The notes under the pieces: generated by a model
What the model saw: only the letters and a program-made list of their open reading frames with translations
What the model was told of the DNA's origin: nothing
Databases searched by the model: none
From: Tubiluchus corallicola
Lineage: Eukaryota; Animalia; Priapulida
Reading direction: 5' to 3'
Length of the DNA stretch: 64,000 bases
Assembly: GCA_030141605.1 (NCBI GenBank)
Contig: JAQGDQ010000200.1
Location: 248,001-312,000, forward strand
Part shown: one piece after another, positions 28,763-41,498 of the stretch
Position numbering within the stretch: position 1 is the first letter of the stretch
Layout: each line of letters begins with the position of its first letter
Position numbers and translations under genes: made by a program

Positions 28763-29860
28763 ATGGAATTGCGAGTTGTGTTTGCATTTCTCCTTCTGGT
28801 AGCGTCTGTGGGTGCAAGCCGACGCGGCAGTGGCAGCGGCTACGGTTATGGCTTCAGACGGGGATCTGGTTCTGGACGGGGATATTACCGCAGACCAGCC
28901 GCTCGCGACACACCTCAACCGGTTGTTCAACAACCGGTTGTTCAGCCAGTTGTACAACCGACGGTTGTTAAACCGGTTGTTATCCACACCAGCACTCCAA
29001 CACGGTATGGACAGGCCAGTTATGGAAGGCAGGGTGGTTCCGGGTATAGAATGCCTGGGCAATCCGGCTATGGTTATGGGCAGTCTGGCTACGGTCGCGG
29101 GCAAGCTGGCTATGGTTATGGACAGTCTGGCTACGGTCACGGGCAAGCTGGCTATGGTTATGGACAGTCTGGCTATGGTCACGGGCAAGCTGGCTATGGT
29201 TATGGACAGTCTGGCTATGGTCAAGGGCAAGCAGCTGGCTATGGTTATGGACAGTCTGGCTACGGTCATGGGCAGCCTGGCTATGGTTATGGACAGACTG
29301 GTACTGGTTACGGGCAAGCTGGCTATGGTTATGGACAGGCAGGTACTGGTTACGGGCAAGCTGGCTATGGTTATGGACAGGCCGGTACTGGCGAGCAAGC
29401 TGGCTATGGTTATGGACAAGCAGGTACTAGTTACGGGCAAGCTGACTATGGTTATGGACAGAATTCCAATTATGGGCGAGGTGGATATGGTCAGTCTGGC
29501 TATGGTTATGGTCAACCTGGCTATGGACGTGGCGGATACAATGCTGCAGGTTATTCAAACAGTGGATCACAACAATACCAACAACAGGGAGCTTCCAATT
29601 ATGGTTATGACCAGCGGCAAGGCTATGGACAATCCGGTGGATATGGTTACTCCAATCGAGAATCATCTGGCTACGGATACCAGCACGAACCGGGACGCTC
29701 TACTGGTTATGGCTACCAGGATAATGCATCTTCTGGTCATGGACATGGCCAACAGCATGGCTATGACGAAGCGACCGGATATGGAAACCAACGGTATGGA
29801 GCTTCTGGAAGTCAGCAGTATGCTGCCGCCGGTTACGGAAGGCAAGGCTATTACAACTAG
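28763..29860 (+). CDS. Secreted Gly/Tyr/Gln-rich repetitive structural protein (365 aa)
   Basis: Signal [18 protein letters not shown]; PVVQ repeats; about nine 14-aa (42-bp) [14 protein letters not shown]-type repeats; ends [15 protein letters not shown] near 29947. Confidence 0.85.
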   Translation: MELRVVFAFLLLVASVGASRRGSGSGYGYGFRRGSGSGRGYYRRPAARDTPQPVVQQPVVQPVVQPTVVKPVVIHTSTPTRYGQASYGRQGGSGYRMPGQSGYGYGQSGYGRGQAGYGYGQSGYGHGQAGYGYGQSGYGHGQAGYGYGQSGYGQGQAAGYGYGQSGYGHGQPGYGYGQTGTGYGQAGYGYGQAGTGYGQAGYGYGQAGTGEQAGYGYGQAGTSYGQADYGYGQNSNYGRGGYGQSGYGYGQPGYGRGGYNAAGYSNSGSQQYQQQGASNYGYDQRQGYGQSGGYGYSNRESSGYGYQHEPGRSTGYGYQDNASSGHGHGQQHGYDEATGYGNQRYGASGSQQYAAAGYGRQGYYN

Positions 29861-30790
29861 GCTTACTTGTTAACAAATATTTATTACTGTATTGTAATTA
29901 CTCGTGTGTTCTGTTTTAAATACCTAATTTTTCTTGTCTGTGGTGTAATAAATACGTTGTTTCTTACATATAATTAGATTTCCTGCATGGTTTTATTATT
30001 ACGTTTCAACCCCAACGGGTAGTACACTACATACTGTCTAAACAAATTTTAACACTTTGTCATTTTAACACCCAACAGTTGATACAGTACACATTGTCTA
30101 ATTGAACTAGTAATAATATTTTCAGAACAACGTTACACTTTTTGTACGTAGTTTAATTCAGATTTAATGTTTTGTACGTGTGCAAAATATGTCAGTCTGT
30201 TCTTCTTAATTAGTACATTAATGTTCATAACTGATATTGTGTATAAACATGTCATATGTAACTATAAGTAACTATACATGTTAATGCGTCATTTACGCCT
30301 AGTTTTATAACAGTGCGCCGAAATAAAAAATGGTTGGTCTGTTGACTGACTCTGCTGTTTCAACCATCAAAACAATTTTTACAGTAAAACATAAAATGTG
30401 CTACACAGTCAGTTGAACAGTAAATGACCATCTTTTGATATAACACGCCGGCCGTAACTTGACACCAGTTCAACACGCTTCACTCATTTCAATGAAAGTT
30501 TTTAGTAACAATTTTGGAAAAGTGTGTAGTAGTCGGTTTCTGCAATCAGTGAAGAATTTTATCAATAATAGACTTTCTTTTTTCTGCATCTTGCAACAAT
30601 TTATAGTAGAACTGCAATAATTGCGTTTTACAAAATCAAAAGTAGTTTTAACGTACTTTTACCTTTTTACAACATTTTATTGCACAATAGTTACAAGACT
30701 GAATTACATTTTCACAGTAAATACCAAGTCACTTATATATTTTATACCATGCAAAGTAGTAGCAAGACTAAACCTTTTACAATACACAAA

Positions 30791-31183
30791 TCACTTATAT
30801 CTTTTATACCCACTACTGGGCACTTCTATTCTGGCGTCGGCGGCTTCGGGATCATCCAGCACTAAACCAGTGTCTCCACCTACCACGTTAGGGAGATCTT
30901 CAGAATTTTCAGGCAACTTTTCTATCATTATCTCTGGAAAACGAGGAGGAGCCTGAGTTTTTGCTGTCGTTGTTGCCGTTGCTATTGTCTTTGCTGATGT
31001 TGATCGCATTGATCTTGATTTCCACGGGTTTTGAATGTTGTTAAAGTGAAAGAAATTTACCCGGGGTTTGTAAATTCCAGGAACCCATTGTGAAATTTCT
31101 TTTGCCGTAGGCATATGAATGGTCCAGTCAAATGAATGTAAGGGTGTTACCAAAATAAAGATTAAAACCAGCTTCCTACACAT
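30791..31183 (-). CDS. Secreted DP-motif family member 9 (130 aa, divergent)
   Basis: Signal MCRKLVLIFILVTPLHS; PRVNFFHFNNIQ (strand motif without the Cys); Thr-rich linker; GGDTGLVLDDPEAADARIEVPSSGYKRYK*. Acceptor ctttttacag lies 1 nt before the ATG, with a donor near 32004 and TATAAA near 32062. Confidence 0.8.
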   Translation of the reverse strand: MCRKLVLIFILVTPLHSFDWTIHMPTAKEISQWVPGIYKPRVNFFHFNNIQNPWKSRSMRSTSAKTIATATTTAKTQAPPRFPEIMIEKLPENSEDLPNVVGGDTGLVLDDPEAADARIEVPSSGYKRYK

Positions 31184-31329
31184 GCTGTAAAAAGAACAAG
31201 ATCAATTACTAAATACATGTATACTTCTTTTCTCTCAGCTAAGGGGAAACGGCTGTATTTCAAAATAGTTCTTGATTACGTTATACCACCTACTTGCTCA
31301 CACATGTGTATTAAGAAAGACATCATACT

Positions 31330-31452
31330 CTTAGCAACAATTAACCTGACGGGTAGCAAACTGAAGGAGCCGCTGAAAAATTGTGGACCAACCAGGAACT
31401 GAATCTAGTGACATTGGCGATTTTTTTCGCACGTTCTACCATTTTAGCTACT
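31330..31452 (-). mobile_element. Degenerate tRNA-derived SINE-like element
   Basis: The minus strand begins agtagctaaaatggtagaacg (A-box-like), has a decayed B-box, then gtccacaatttttcagcg..cctt, which is shared with 37640-37750. Confidence 0.5.
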
Positions 31453-32615
31453 TGCCCATCAAAGCAGAGCAGGTGAGATCTGATATCTTGTCGCAACATT
31501 ACATAATCAGTCAGAGCCACCTATATGATCCTAGTGATACATAGCACTACATTTGAAGATACACACATACACCCTCACACACTGTAATTACACACTATTA
31601 TATAACACTGTTATTTCACAAGTGTTTAACAAAAAGCATTAATTGTAAAATAATGTAATAAAATTTTACATGTTGTTGGCCCCGAAAACTTTAATATATT
31701 AATTTATTTCTAAATGCTGCATTATTGCTAAGTTTATTCGTATTTGTAAGTATTAAAAACTTTATTCAAGGTAAAATGCTTTTACAGCATAACCAGAAGA
31801 GAAAACACATGAGACGATTATTCTCCATTAAATTTTGTAGTAGAGTCTATTCATAAAATTAACAAAATTTTTCTTTTTTCCCAGCATCATTTGACTATGA
31901 AAGTAAGTGCTTTATCTTTCGAGAAATTTCGATCATAGAGTCGCGACGTAAGCGATTGTAATTAAATTAAGTTTTATATGGAAATATTTGCACGCACATC
32001 TTACCTCGTTTCTCATTCAGTAATACAAGCGACCGCACAGGGTAAGATTTTGTGTAAGAAATTTATACTGCGCAAGAAATATTTATTATAAGCATCCGAA
32101 AAATAGTTTTCACTGTAAAAACGTTAAGTAAAATACATTACCGCGAATGTATATGAATAAATATGATCAAGTAACTAAACATTTTGTAAAATTCACTATA
32201 AAGGATGTTAGTGGGTAAAGGAAGAGGATTGACTTCCGAACAGTGTGCAGTGTAGGTAATGATGCCAACGACGATGCAAACCTCTTTTGGATGATTTTTG
32301 TTTAACTGTTTTTACTATGGCACACTACACTTCATAAACGGCGTGTATGGTGTATGATGAAAGAGTACATAAAACTGGAACAGGTGTACTTCAGTGCACA
32401 GTCCTGAAGCTCAGAATTTACTCCTGGACCTGCAATTGCGCAAAGAGGGCGAAAATTTGCAAAAAAAAACGTACCACAAATAAATTTAGAAGTATAGTTG
32501 TGAAATTGTTACTTTTACCGTCTTTATTGGTTATACGCTAACAACTACAAGGACTGTTCTAATTTTTTGTGCCAGTGACTTAATTGTAATTACTTAATGA
32601 TATTGCGTTGCAGTA

Positions 32616-32674
32616 ACAACAGGACGACAAGGACAAGGACAACGACAACGACAACGACAGCGACAGCGACAGCG

Positions 32675-32714
<40 letters not shown>

Positions 32715-32765
32715 GAGCAACAGCAGCAGCAACAATAACGTTATCAACAACAACAACAACAACAA
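32616..32765. repeat. (ACA/ACG/GCA)n compound trinucleotide repeat
   Basis: Direct inspection; explains the poly-T, poly-L and poly-V ORFs. Confidence 0.9.
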
Positions 32766-33362
32766 ATGCCCCGTGCAATGTCATGCCTTCTTTTCAAGAT
32801 TTTCTGATAGTGCACATCTACAATTATTTGTAGCTTTTGACTTCACCTTGACATGCAAAATTTAGTGTGATGTCCTGTAGATTAAGCGCAGTTTGTAGAA
32901 TTGTGCTTTTTGAATGTAAGGTTGTTTAACATTCTAATAGTTTGAGTCTGATCAATTATCGACCAAGACAAAAAGCTGAAAGCTGACTGGTCATCGGTGG
33001 CGGGTTTAGACTGACTGTGAAATTCAGCAATGTCTGACCTGTTTTGAAACTTGACCGTGACAGTTTAGGAAGCAAAAGTGTTTAGAGAAGATGTGCACTC
33101 GTCCGAATGACGCTAACACGTCTAAAATATGTCATATAAGATAAATTTACTGCAAAAAGTTTAAACACTAACAAAATAATAATCGTTTAGTAGTCACAGT
33201 TTATTTATACATATATGCGATTAAATATTTCTTTATACATTGGCCTTGAGTTGTCACAATTGCTTACATGTGCAAGACTCATAATTAGGTAACCCTTCCA
33301 AGAATGATGTATTTATCGTTTCACCAGTGACCTGACAATAGAATATTAGTTCAGCAATTATC

Positions 33363-34331
33363 TTAACGTCCGTATCCGCTGCTTCTACCACCTCCATACC
33401 CTCCTCCGCTGATGGTTCTCTGCTGTTGGACCACTCTTGTGGATCGAGCTCTTGCTGGAAGGGTATTAGCAGGTCCAGAATGCACTGGAAGTGACTCAAG
33501 CTGGACAGCCTGGAACTGTAGATTGGGTGTCCTCTGATAACCGTAAGCCGCTCCTTGTTCGGTTTTGCCTTCTCCGGAGGCCGTTTGTGTGTACTGTTGT
33601 GTGGCGTCCTGGCTGGCTTCACGGGAAGCAGCAAGTTGAATTCCTGCCTCGCCCGTTCCGGAACCTTCTCGGACCTGTTCGCTCTTTTCGTTCTGGCGAG
33701 CGAATCCGGACCGGAATCTGGTGCCGATAACGACTTGCTCAGTTTGTGCTGCAGTGCGGGCTTCTCGAGGTGCCAGTTCGTTGGCTTCGTTCCTGAACTG
33801 GTTGAAGTCAAAACCTTCAACATTGATGTAGTTGTTGCCAAAGTTGTCAAAACCAAAGGCTTGTGCATCAATGTTACCAAAGTTGTTGGGGTCAATGTTG
33901 CCATTGCCACCAAAACCTTGCAAGCCTGCTGAAGCGAACTGAGAAGCGGCAGAAGAGCCACCAAAAGACCTTGATGAACTAGTGCCAAATGAGCGCCCTC
34001 CACCAAATGATCGTCCACCACCAAATGATCGTCCACCACTAAATGAACGGCCACCTCCGAAAGTTCCACCAAATGACTGACCTCGACTAACGGGTGCGAC
34101 GCTCTGAACGAACCTCTGCTGCTGCTGTTGAAAGCCCCCACGGTTCTGGAAGCCACCTCGGAGTTGAGCTCCACCAAATCCTACTTGATTGCCGTGTCCG
34201 CCTCCACCGCGAAATTGCTGACCACATCCTCCTCGTCCACAGCCACCTTGAGAACCACCGCACCCTCCTTGTCCGCAGCAAATGGCACTGCCAAGACAGG
34301 CCAATAGAATGGAAATGACGATAACTTTCAT
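33363..34331 (-). CDS. Secreted Gly-rich protein A (322 aa) with a novel C-terminal domain
   Basis: ATG at 34331 follows acceptor tttttacag|a; signal MKVIVISILLACLGSAIC; CGxxGG repeats; GGGRSF repeats; ~150-aa domain shared with 39825-40703. Donor near 35255 and TATATAAA at 35335-35342. Confidence 0.85.
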   Translation of the reverse strand: MKVIVISILLACLGSAICCGQGGCGGSQGGCGRGGCGQQFRGGGGHGNQVGFGGAQLRGGFQNRGGFQQQQQRFVQSVAPVSRGQSFGGTFGGGRSFSGGRSFGGGRSFGGGRSFGTSSSRSFGGSSAASQFASAGLQGFGGNGNIDPNNFGNIDAQAFGFDNFGNNYINVEGFDFNQFRNEANELAPREARTAAQTEQVVIGTRFRSGFARQNEKSEQVREGSGTGEAGIQLAASREASQDATQQYTQTASGEGKTEQGAAYGYQRTPNLQFQAVQLESLPVHSGPANTLPARARSTRVVQQQRTISGGGYGGGRSSGYGR

Positions 34332-35334
34332 TCTGTAAAAAAAACAAAGTAAATGTAAAATAAAAAATTTCGGCTCGTAGACCTGAATATTCACTCAAAA
34401 ATTGATGATGTACTAGAGACTTCAATGATGTACAACACTCAATATTTAGAACAAAGTCGATGATGCCCACTTGATGACTTAAACGACTTGAACGCAACAT
34501 GATGCTTTATGACAGTAACTCACAAGTAATACGCTACAAGTAAGCTTTTTGAAAGAATCTGGACCTGTGGTTATTAGGCAGTATAATTTCACTTTTCACT
34601 CATTCTGTTCTCGGCCGATTTTGTAAAACTGCACTAACTGCAGAGTTTTTAGTAAAATAGCATTTTTGTGCCCCAGTGTTGAATAAACAACAAGACAAGC
34701 CGATTCAGCAACTAGGATAAGGTTCATTTTTTTGGATGATTTTTGCCCTGTTGCCTTATAATTTCTGCTGACAATGTCACTAACGAAAAGACAAAAAATG
34801 TGGCGCAACTGATTATTTATTTTAATTTTGCACTGACGTTTCTTTACGTGTGTTGACCCCAATATGATTTCTTATTGAGCTAATTAAATAACTCAGTTAT
34901 TATCAAAGAGCATTAATAAAAATACTTTGAGTTTTCACTCAAATCCATCACAAGCATTGCTAAAAATGATAATACCAAGATTTCATTATGCTATAGCATT
35001 CTTTGTAATTTTACCTACATGAATGTGCAGCAACCGTTCGCTCATTTTGCACAAAATAAAATAAATGTGCAGCAAATTAAACACTAACATTTCTGTAAAA
35101 AAGAAAATCTGATATTGTTTCGTTGTCGACACTTTTTAGCTAATGCGATAAAGACTCGTATTATACTGAATATTAGTTGCAAATTTTTATTTGAGAAAGT
35201 GGTAATATGAACTAAGCACTTAAGTCAAACTATCGTACAAATTTATTTATCTTACCTCTCTGACAGGCGCAGTTTCTTATTGGACTAGTCTTGCACAGTT
35301 AAGCAATTGGCAAAGATGTTTGGCTTTGATTGAA

Positions 35335-35342
35335 TTTATATA
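35335..35342 (-). promoter_or_regulatory. TATA box of Gly-rich protein A gene
   Basis: TATATAAA on the minus strand, ~80 nt upstream of a gtaag donor. Confidence 0.5.
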
Positions 35343-37639
35343 CGATCTCCCCATCTCACCTGACCCACATTTTCACACCTGGGATGCTGAATGAAATCGA
35401 AAAGTTGTTTTGTGCCGATTAACTTCTCTGTTCAGAGCTTTGGCGTTCAAGGAGCGTTAAGACGACGTAAACCGGTACTTAGTGAATGCTTGACACCAGC
35501 AACCTGCAGAGTTGCTAAATTAATAACCCAGAAATGATTGAAACCATTATTAAGCCACGATGAATTGAAAATAAAAGTTGACCGCAATTATTATACATGG
35601 TTTATAGAATCTTCGTCTGAACTCGCAGAAACTGTAACAGGCTAACCTTTTTAGTTTATTTGAAGTCATGTAGGTTACTCGTTTGCGAACCAACTTTATA
35701 AAGTGCCCTATTTCGCCGTGATACCGGTCTCGTTCATGTAAATAAAACGTTTTTAGCCTATTTTTACTGTAACATCACACCAGATACAATATTTTAATTT
35801 TTTACAAAAAACGAATCATGGCATCGATAAATTGTGCTCTAAATGACATGCTCGCAAAAAACAGACTATGACAACAATATATGACGTCCTACTAAGTTAA
35901 ATGACATATGCAGGCAGTTGGTCAAAAAAACTCAATAAGCAAGTAAACCCAATGCTTCACATTTTAGGCTAGTTTTTTTTTGTCGACTAGCCCACATTTT
36001 TAATCATTAACCGCATAGCTATACATCATTTTCCTTTTTAACACTAACCTTAAGCTGTCGTTGCTTTATGCTTACTGCATATGAGTTTTATCTTGGTTTT
36101 ATTAATAATATTATAGATAATTTCTGGTAGCATAATATAACTCATAAAAGTTTCTTGATCTCTCAAACTGTTAAACTATTTACTCTTTTGAAAACTTAAG
36201 TGTATGAAACCGAGGAATTCGATCTGTTTAAAATACGAGCAGCTCTGTTATATTAATAATACAGAAAATGTTTAAATAATTGAAATAAATTTTTTTGTGA
36301 ACTTTAAAGAACTGCTATTGGTTTTTTATACACGATTTTTCCATTCCAGTAAATCGGAAAAAAATTCATACTTTATGACTTTTTGGTAAGCAAATGTTGT
36401 GGCACCAACCATACAGGTCTGAAAAACTTTCACACAAAAATCATGACGGCGAGCTGAGTAGAAATTCCGAGCAAAGAACTGAAAAAACATAAATTTACCG
36501 CAAATTTTAAAAATAGATTCAGTCAGAACATTTTACCCAGCGACTGTTATTTCCAGTCTTCTTTTTATAAGTTCTTGTTCCTGTAACGTCTTGTTTATTT
36601 TTGTTTAGTTTACAGCAGCGTATATAAGTGTATGTTTATAACATGGAATTTTATTCTACAAAAAAGTCCTTATGTACAGCAAACTTTCGGGTAACTGCTC
36701 TTGTTGAAACGATTAGTATACAATAGCGTTTAACGTGTGTGTGTTTGTTATAATGTGGAATTCTTTTCTGCAATAATGCTTCAACTCAGTTAAATTTAAG
36801 TCAACTCATTCAGTTCAATTCAGTTTCAAAACCCTGATTACATTTTTGTACAATTTTAACTCTATTGATATACGTAGAAAATAGAACACCAAAGCAGCAG
36901 CTAATTGTTAAGGGCTAAAGTTCAAAATGCCGAAGCACAAACGTTCAAGTAAGATTTAAGCCATAGACGCTTCATGACATTGTTATTTCGGAACTACAGA
37001 TTAAAACGATAAACCATAAGCTACACCAGGTTATCGCTTTCTGACATCAATAATGCGTGCCTAACTTCCGATTTTCAGAAAAATGCGTATCTTAACAGAG
37101 AAGATTGCCCGACTTTTTGTACAGTTTGATCCATTTTTACAAATTTATTTTCTTATTATTAGCAGACTTTACTTGAAGCTGTATTTTTGCGAGTTGCGCT
37201 TTAGTGGTTGGTAACAAAACGAAGTCATTGATTAATATCTAGGCTGTAACGAACAAGTTTAGTTAAAATAACATTTGGTAGTTATTGAACATGTTAGTTT
37301 TGAGTTAGAAACTGTTGTAAGCAGCTGAAGCGTTTGTTTTTATTTCCAACTGCGGAAAAGGTTATAATCGTGGCGTAAAAAGTAGATGGTTTATTTGCAG
37401 AACCGTGGAGAAACTTCATTAATAGTCGAACGATAACATTTATTTTGTTCTTTTTAATCATTTTACAATTTATACTACCTTTATATAGAATTTATCATCA
37501 AATTGCACCAATGCACAAATGTTTGTTTTTTAAACTATACGAATGTATGTCAAAGAGTACGTCGCAAAATGGCACAGAAAATGCTTATACAAAAATTAAA
37601 TTTAAGGAGGAAATCTCAGGCCTGCTCTGTCATGTTTAC

Positions 37640-37750
37640 TAGTAACTCAGCTGGCAAAGCATGGGAGTAATCCCAGGTCTCGGGTTCAAGCACCGATTAG
37701 TCCACAATTTTTCAGCGTTTCCTTTCTTTCTCCAACTCATTACCTGTAAT
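37640..37750 (+). mobile_element. Degenerate tRNA-derived SINE-like element
   Basis: A-box-like tagtaactcagctgg, B-box-like ggttcaagcacc, then gtccacaatttttcagcgtttcctt, shared with 31330-31452. Confidence 0.55.
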
Positions 37751-38326
37751 GGGTAATAATTATTCAGATAAACCGCAATGGTTTATAAACATTCTGGCCT
37801 TCACAATCATGGTCTACTAGTTAAAAATTGAAATTTATTTGCACTCTTAAAATTACATAGAAGTAGTTACACTATATTGTCATAAAGTCACATTTCCATC
37901 TTTTCTGAGGGAGGAGTATATACTATACTTCTTATCTGTTGAATTTTTCATCGATTTAGTATTTTAGGAACATGCACTGTCGCAATGTTAAAAAGCACTA
38001 ATGTACCTACTCAGAATTCTTGAGCAGGTCACACTTGACATATTATCATTATTTGATTTCCGTGCTCGGTTTGCACTATATTTAAAATAGGCCTATTTAA
38101 AATAACTGTTACAATTTTTTAGTGACATTATATAAAACTTTATAATATTCGTCGAAGGAACATATAATAAATGGTGTCTGAATGACATAACATTCTACCT
38201 GTGAGTTGTGCATTTTAACTGCTTATCGTTCCTTGTCATTTTAGTACGTGCGGTTTCACTGATGTCACGTCATATTCTACTTTAAATTGCTATTTAAAGG
38301 TGGCGCCACTGTGTCATCACACTATA

Positions 38327-38922
<596 letters not shown>

Positions 38923-39824
38923 CGTTATAGAGACGATCAATCAGATTTATGTGAGATGTAACATAATGCAAGTCATGCTACACATACTTGATGTTCCACT
39001 ATTGATAAATGTGTGTGTTTGTGACGTCTTACATGCAAATTTTGCAGTTTGCCGTAATGCGGAACGTCGCTGTCTGTTAATTTGAGACGAAGTTTTCTGA
39101 ACCTTCCTAGACAGGGCTAAACATTTCTAAACAGCGCTTGGTATTTTACTCACCGTCATAGACCGTACAAAAACAAACAAACAAACACAGTCTTATTTTA
39201 CACGTTGCAGTTTATTAGTATTAATACATTGTTAGTTTGGCCTTACAGTTGACACAGTTGCTTCACACGCGTGTATGACAAAGTTTTCAATCGTGACCAT
39301 GAAAAAATTACCTTGAAGTGCATCATTAACCTCATTTCTGATATCAGCTGGAATTTCCTAAAATTGGCACCTGTCTGATTTTAAGCATCGATTTATATTA
39401 ATAGTGCTAACCAGTTTTTTATTACGTTTCTCACAGCCAGTATTTTTCCACGGGAAGTTGGCAAAAGCAAGTTTTTTTAACAATTACAGCTGGCGCTGCT
39501 CTCGTGACGTCAGGTGTTGGGTGGTTATCAGTCGCAAAATCACAATAAACCGTTCCTTCGCGATTTTGAAAGTCTAGTGGTTACTTAAAGAAATAATGAA
39601 AACAAATTACATTGCAGAATTTTGCCCGAATAAACGCTTAAGTATAGTTAAATTCTCAAGTTACAAAGGATATGACAAAAATAACATATTCAAAATATTG
39701 ATAAACCATGCAATTTTCTGTTTTAGCATGTACATAATTAACTTGGTGTGAAAATAACTGACATCAGAAATGGAACCAATGAATCCATTCAGTTTAAAAT
39801 TAACCCGTCAGTACCGGAAATGCC

Positions 39825-40703
39825 TTACTGAGGCAGGAGATTGCGAGGACCAGAATGAACCGGAAGTGGTTCGACTCTAACTGGCTGATAGGCGACTCTG
39901 GGATTGCCCGACAACTGGTAGGTTGCTCCCTGCTCAGTTTTGCCTTCTCCGCTAGCTTGCTGCGTGTACGCTTGTGTGGCGTCCTGAGTAGCTGATCTAC
40001 TGGCCGTGAGTTCAATTCCGGCAGTTCCGCTTCCGCTTCCTTGTCTGTTGGCAGAGCTGGACTCCGACTGGCGGGCAAATCCGGAACTGTACTTGCTGCC
40101 GATAACCACTTGCTCGTCAAGTCCGGCATTGACTGCTTCTCGGGGAGCATTGGCGGCTGCATTGTTCCTCCAGGTGTTGAAGTCGAAAGCATCAAGAGCG
40201 ACATAGGCTCTGCCAAAGTTGTCAAAACCAAAAGCGCTGGCATCGATGTTAGCAAAGTTGTCAATGCTAAAGGTTCCTTGTCCAACGAATCTGTTTCCTC
40301 CAGTAACAACTACTGGACTCGTTCGCGCAACTGTAGCAGCTCCACTGTCAATGACACGTATGCCACTAAGACCGCCGCCAGTTGTAACAAACCTTCTGCC
40401 TCCTCCGCCAAGGAACTGCAGGCCACTTCTGCCGATTCCACTGCCTCCACCAGAGATGAATCGCGTGCCAGTTCCACCAAATCCACCAAATCTGCCTCCA
40501 CCAGAAATGAATCGCGTGCCAGTTCCGCCATACCTGCCTGCACCTGAGATGAATCGCGTGCCAATGCCGCCAGTCCTGCCTCCACCGTAGATGCCTCTGC
40601 CAGACCTATACGTTCTCAAGCCCAATATACCGCCTTCTCCACGGGCATCGCAAAGAACGCCGACAACACAACCCAGGAACACGAACGCAATGAGCTGGCG
40701 CAT
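39825..40703 (-). CDS. Secreted Gly-rich protein B (292 aa), paralog of protein A
   Basis: Signal MRQLIAFVFLGCVVGVLC; three GTRFISGGG-type repeats; shared domain NFANIDASAFGFDNFG..FDFN.WRN...APREA...EQVVIG...SGFARQ.E...GSG.G.AGI.L.ASR.A.QDATQ.YTQ.ASGEGKTEQGA.Y...LPVHSGP. Acceptor 1 nt before the ATG; donor near 41701; TATAAAA at 41779-41785. Confidence 0.85.
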   Translation of the reverse strand: MRQLIAFVFLGCVVGVLCDARGEGGILGLRTYRSGRGIYGGGRTGGIGTRFISGAGRYGGTGTRFISGGGRFGGFGGTGTRFISGGGSGIGRSGLQFLGGGGRRFVTTGGGLSGIRVIDSGAATVARTSPVVVTGGNRFVGQGTFSIDNFANIDASAFGFDNFGRAYVALDAFDFNTWRNNAAANAPREAVNAGLDEQVVIGSKYSSGFARQSESSSANRQGSGSGTAGIELTASRSATQDATQAYTQQASGEGKTEQGATYQLSGNPRVAYQPVRVEPLPVHSGPRNLLPQ

Positions 40704-40799
40704 CCTGTATAATTACCAATAAAATCATTTTCTCTCTTTTTAAAATTACACTAGTGGAAGACAACTTTAATAAACTTTGTATATATATATATATATATA

Positions 40800-41498
40800 T
40801 ATAAGCAATTTCTAAACTAAAATGAGGCCTGCTTTATTTGTAAAGGTCATAAAACTATTACATTTCATTGATTGAAGCAATTCGTGTTTGTACAAAAACT
40901 AGAATTTACAATGTTTGTTTAAAAGTGAGTGAAAAGTGAGTGAGTCTTCCCGACAAAAGAGTACAAGGAGCCATGATGATAATCACGGCTGGCAGCCTAT
41001 GTTGTAGGAAAATTATCAACGTATCACGATCGTCATCAAATGTATATGATTAAAAATATAAATAAATAAATACATATATATATATATATATATACATAAA
41101 TATTTATTTATTTATATTTTTAATTATGTATATGTGAGGTGTGTACATACGTAATCATCGTGTATTGCATTTATACATAAATAACCAATTATGCTAGTAA
41201 TAATACTGCATCTTTTCGTTAATACAGTATGCAGTTTTTACCATAATTATCAAAATAATGGATCATATACATTTGATGACGATCGTGATACGTTGATAAT
41301 TTTCCTACAACATAGGCTGCCAGCCGTGATTATCATGGCTCCTTGTACTCTTTTGTCGGGAAGACTCACTCACTTTTAAACAAACATCATAAATTCTAGT
41401 TTTTGTACAAACATGAATTGCTTCAATCAATGAAATGTAATAGTTTTATGACCTTTACAAATAAAGCAGGCCTCATTTTAGTTTAGAAATTGCTTATA
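40800..41498. repeat. Large fold-back inverted duplication (arms 40800-41050 and 41262-41498) with an internal palindrome at 41051-41123
   Basis: The ~240-bp arms are near-perfectly complementary apart from small indels. It is flanked by (TA)n and lies in the 5'UTR intron of Gly-rich gene B. Confidence 0.9.

Noticed and set aside
28727-29873. Long alternative-frame ORFs (353 aa on plus, 262 aa on minus) overlapping the Gly/Tyr gene
   Set aside because: Shadow frames of a stop-poor 42-bp repeat; only the 28763 frame has a signal peptide and a fitting exon structure.
31330-37750. tRNA genes at 31330-31452 and 37640-37750 (also 61130-61205)
   Set aside because: A/B boxes are present but there is no intact cloverleaf; shared downstream tails indicate SINE relics.
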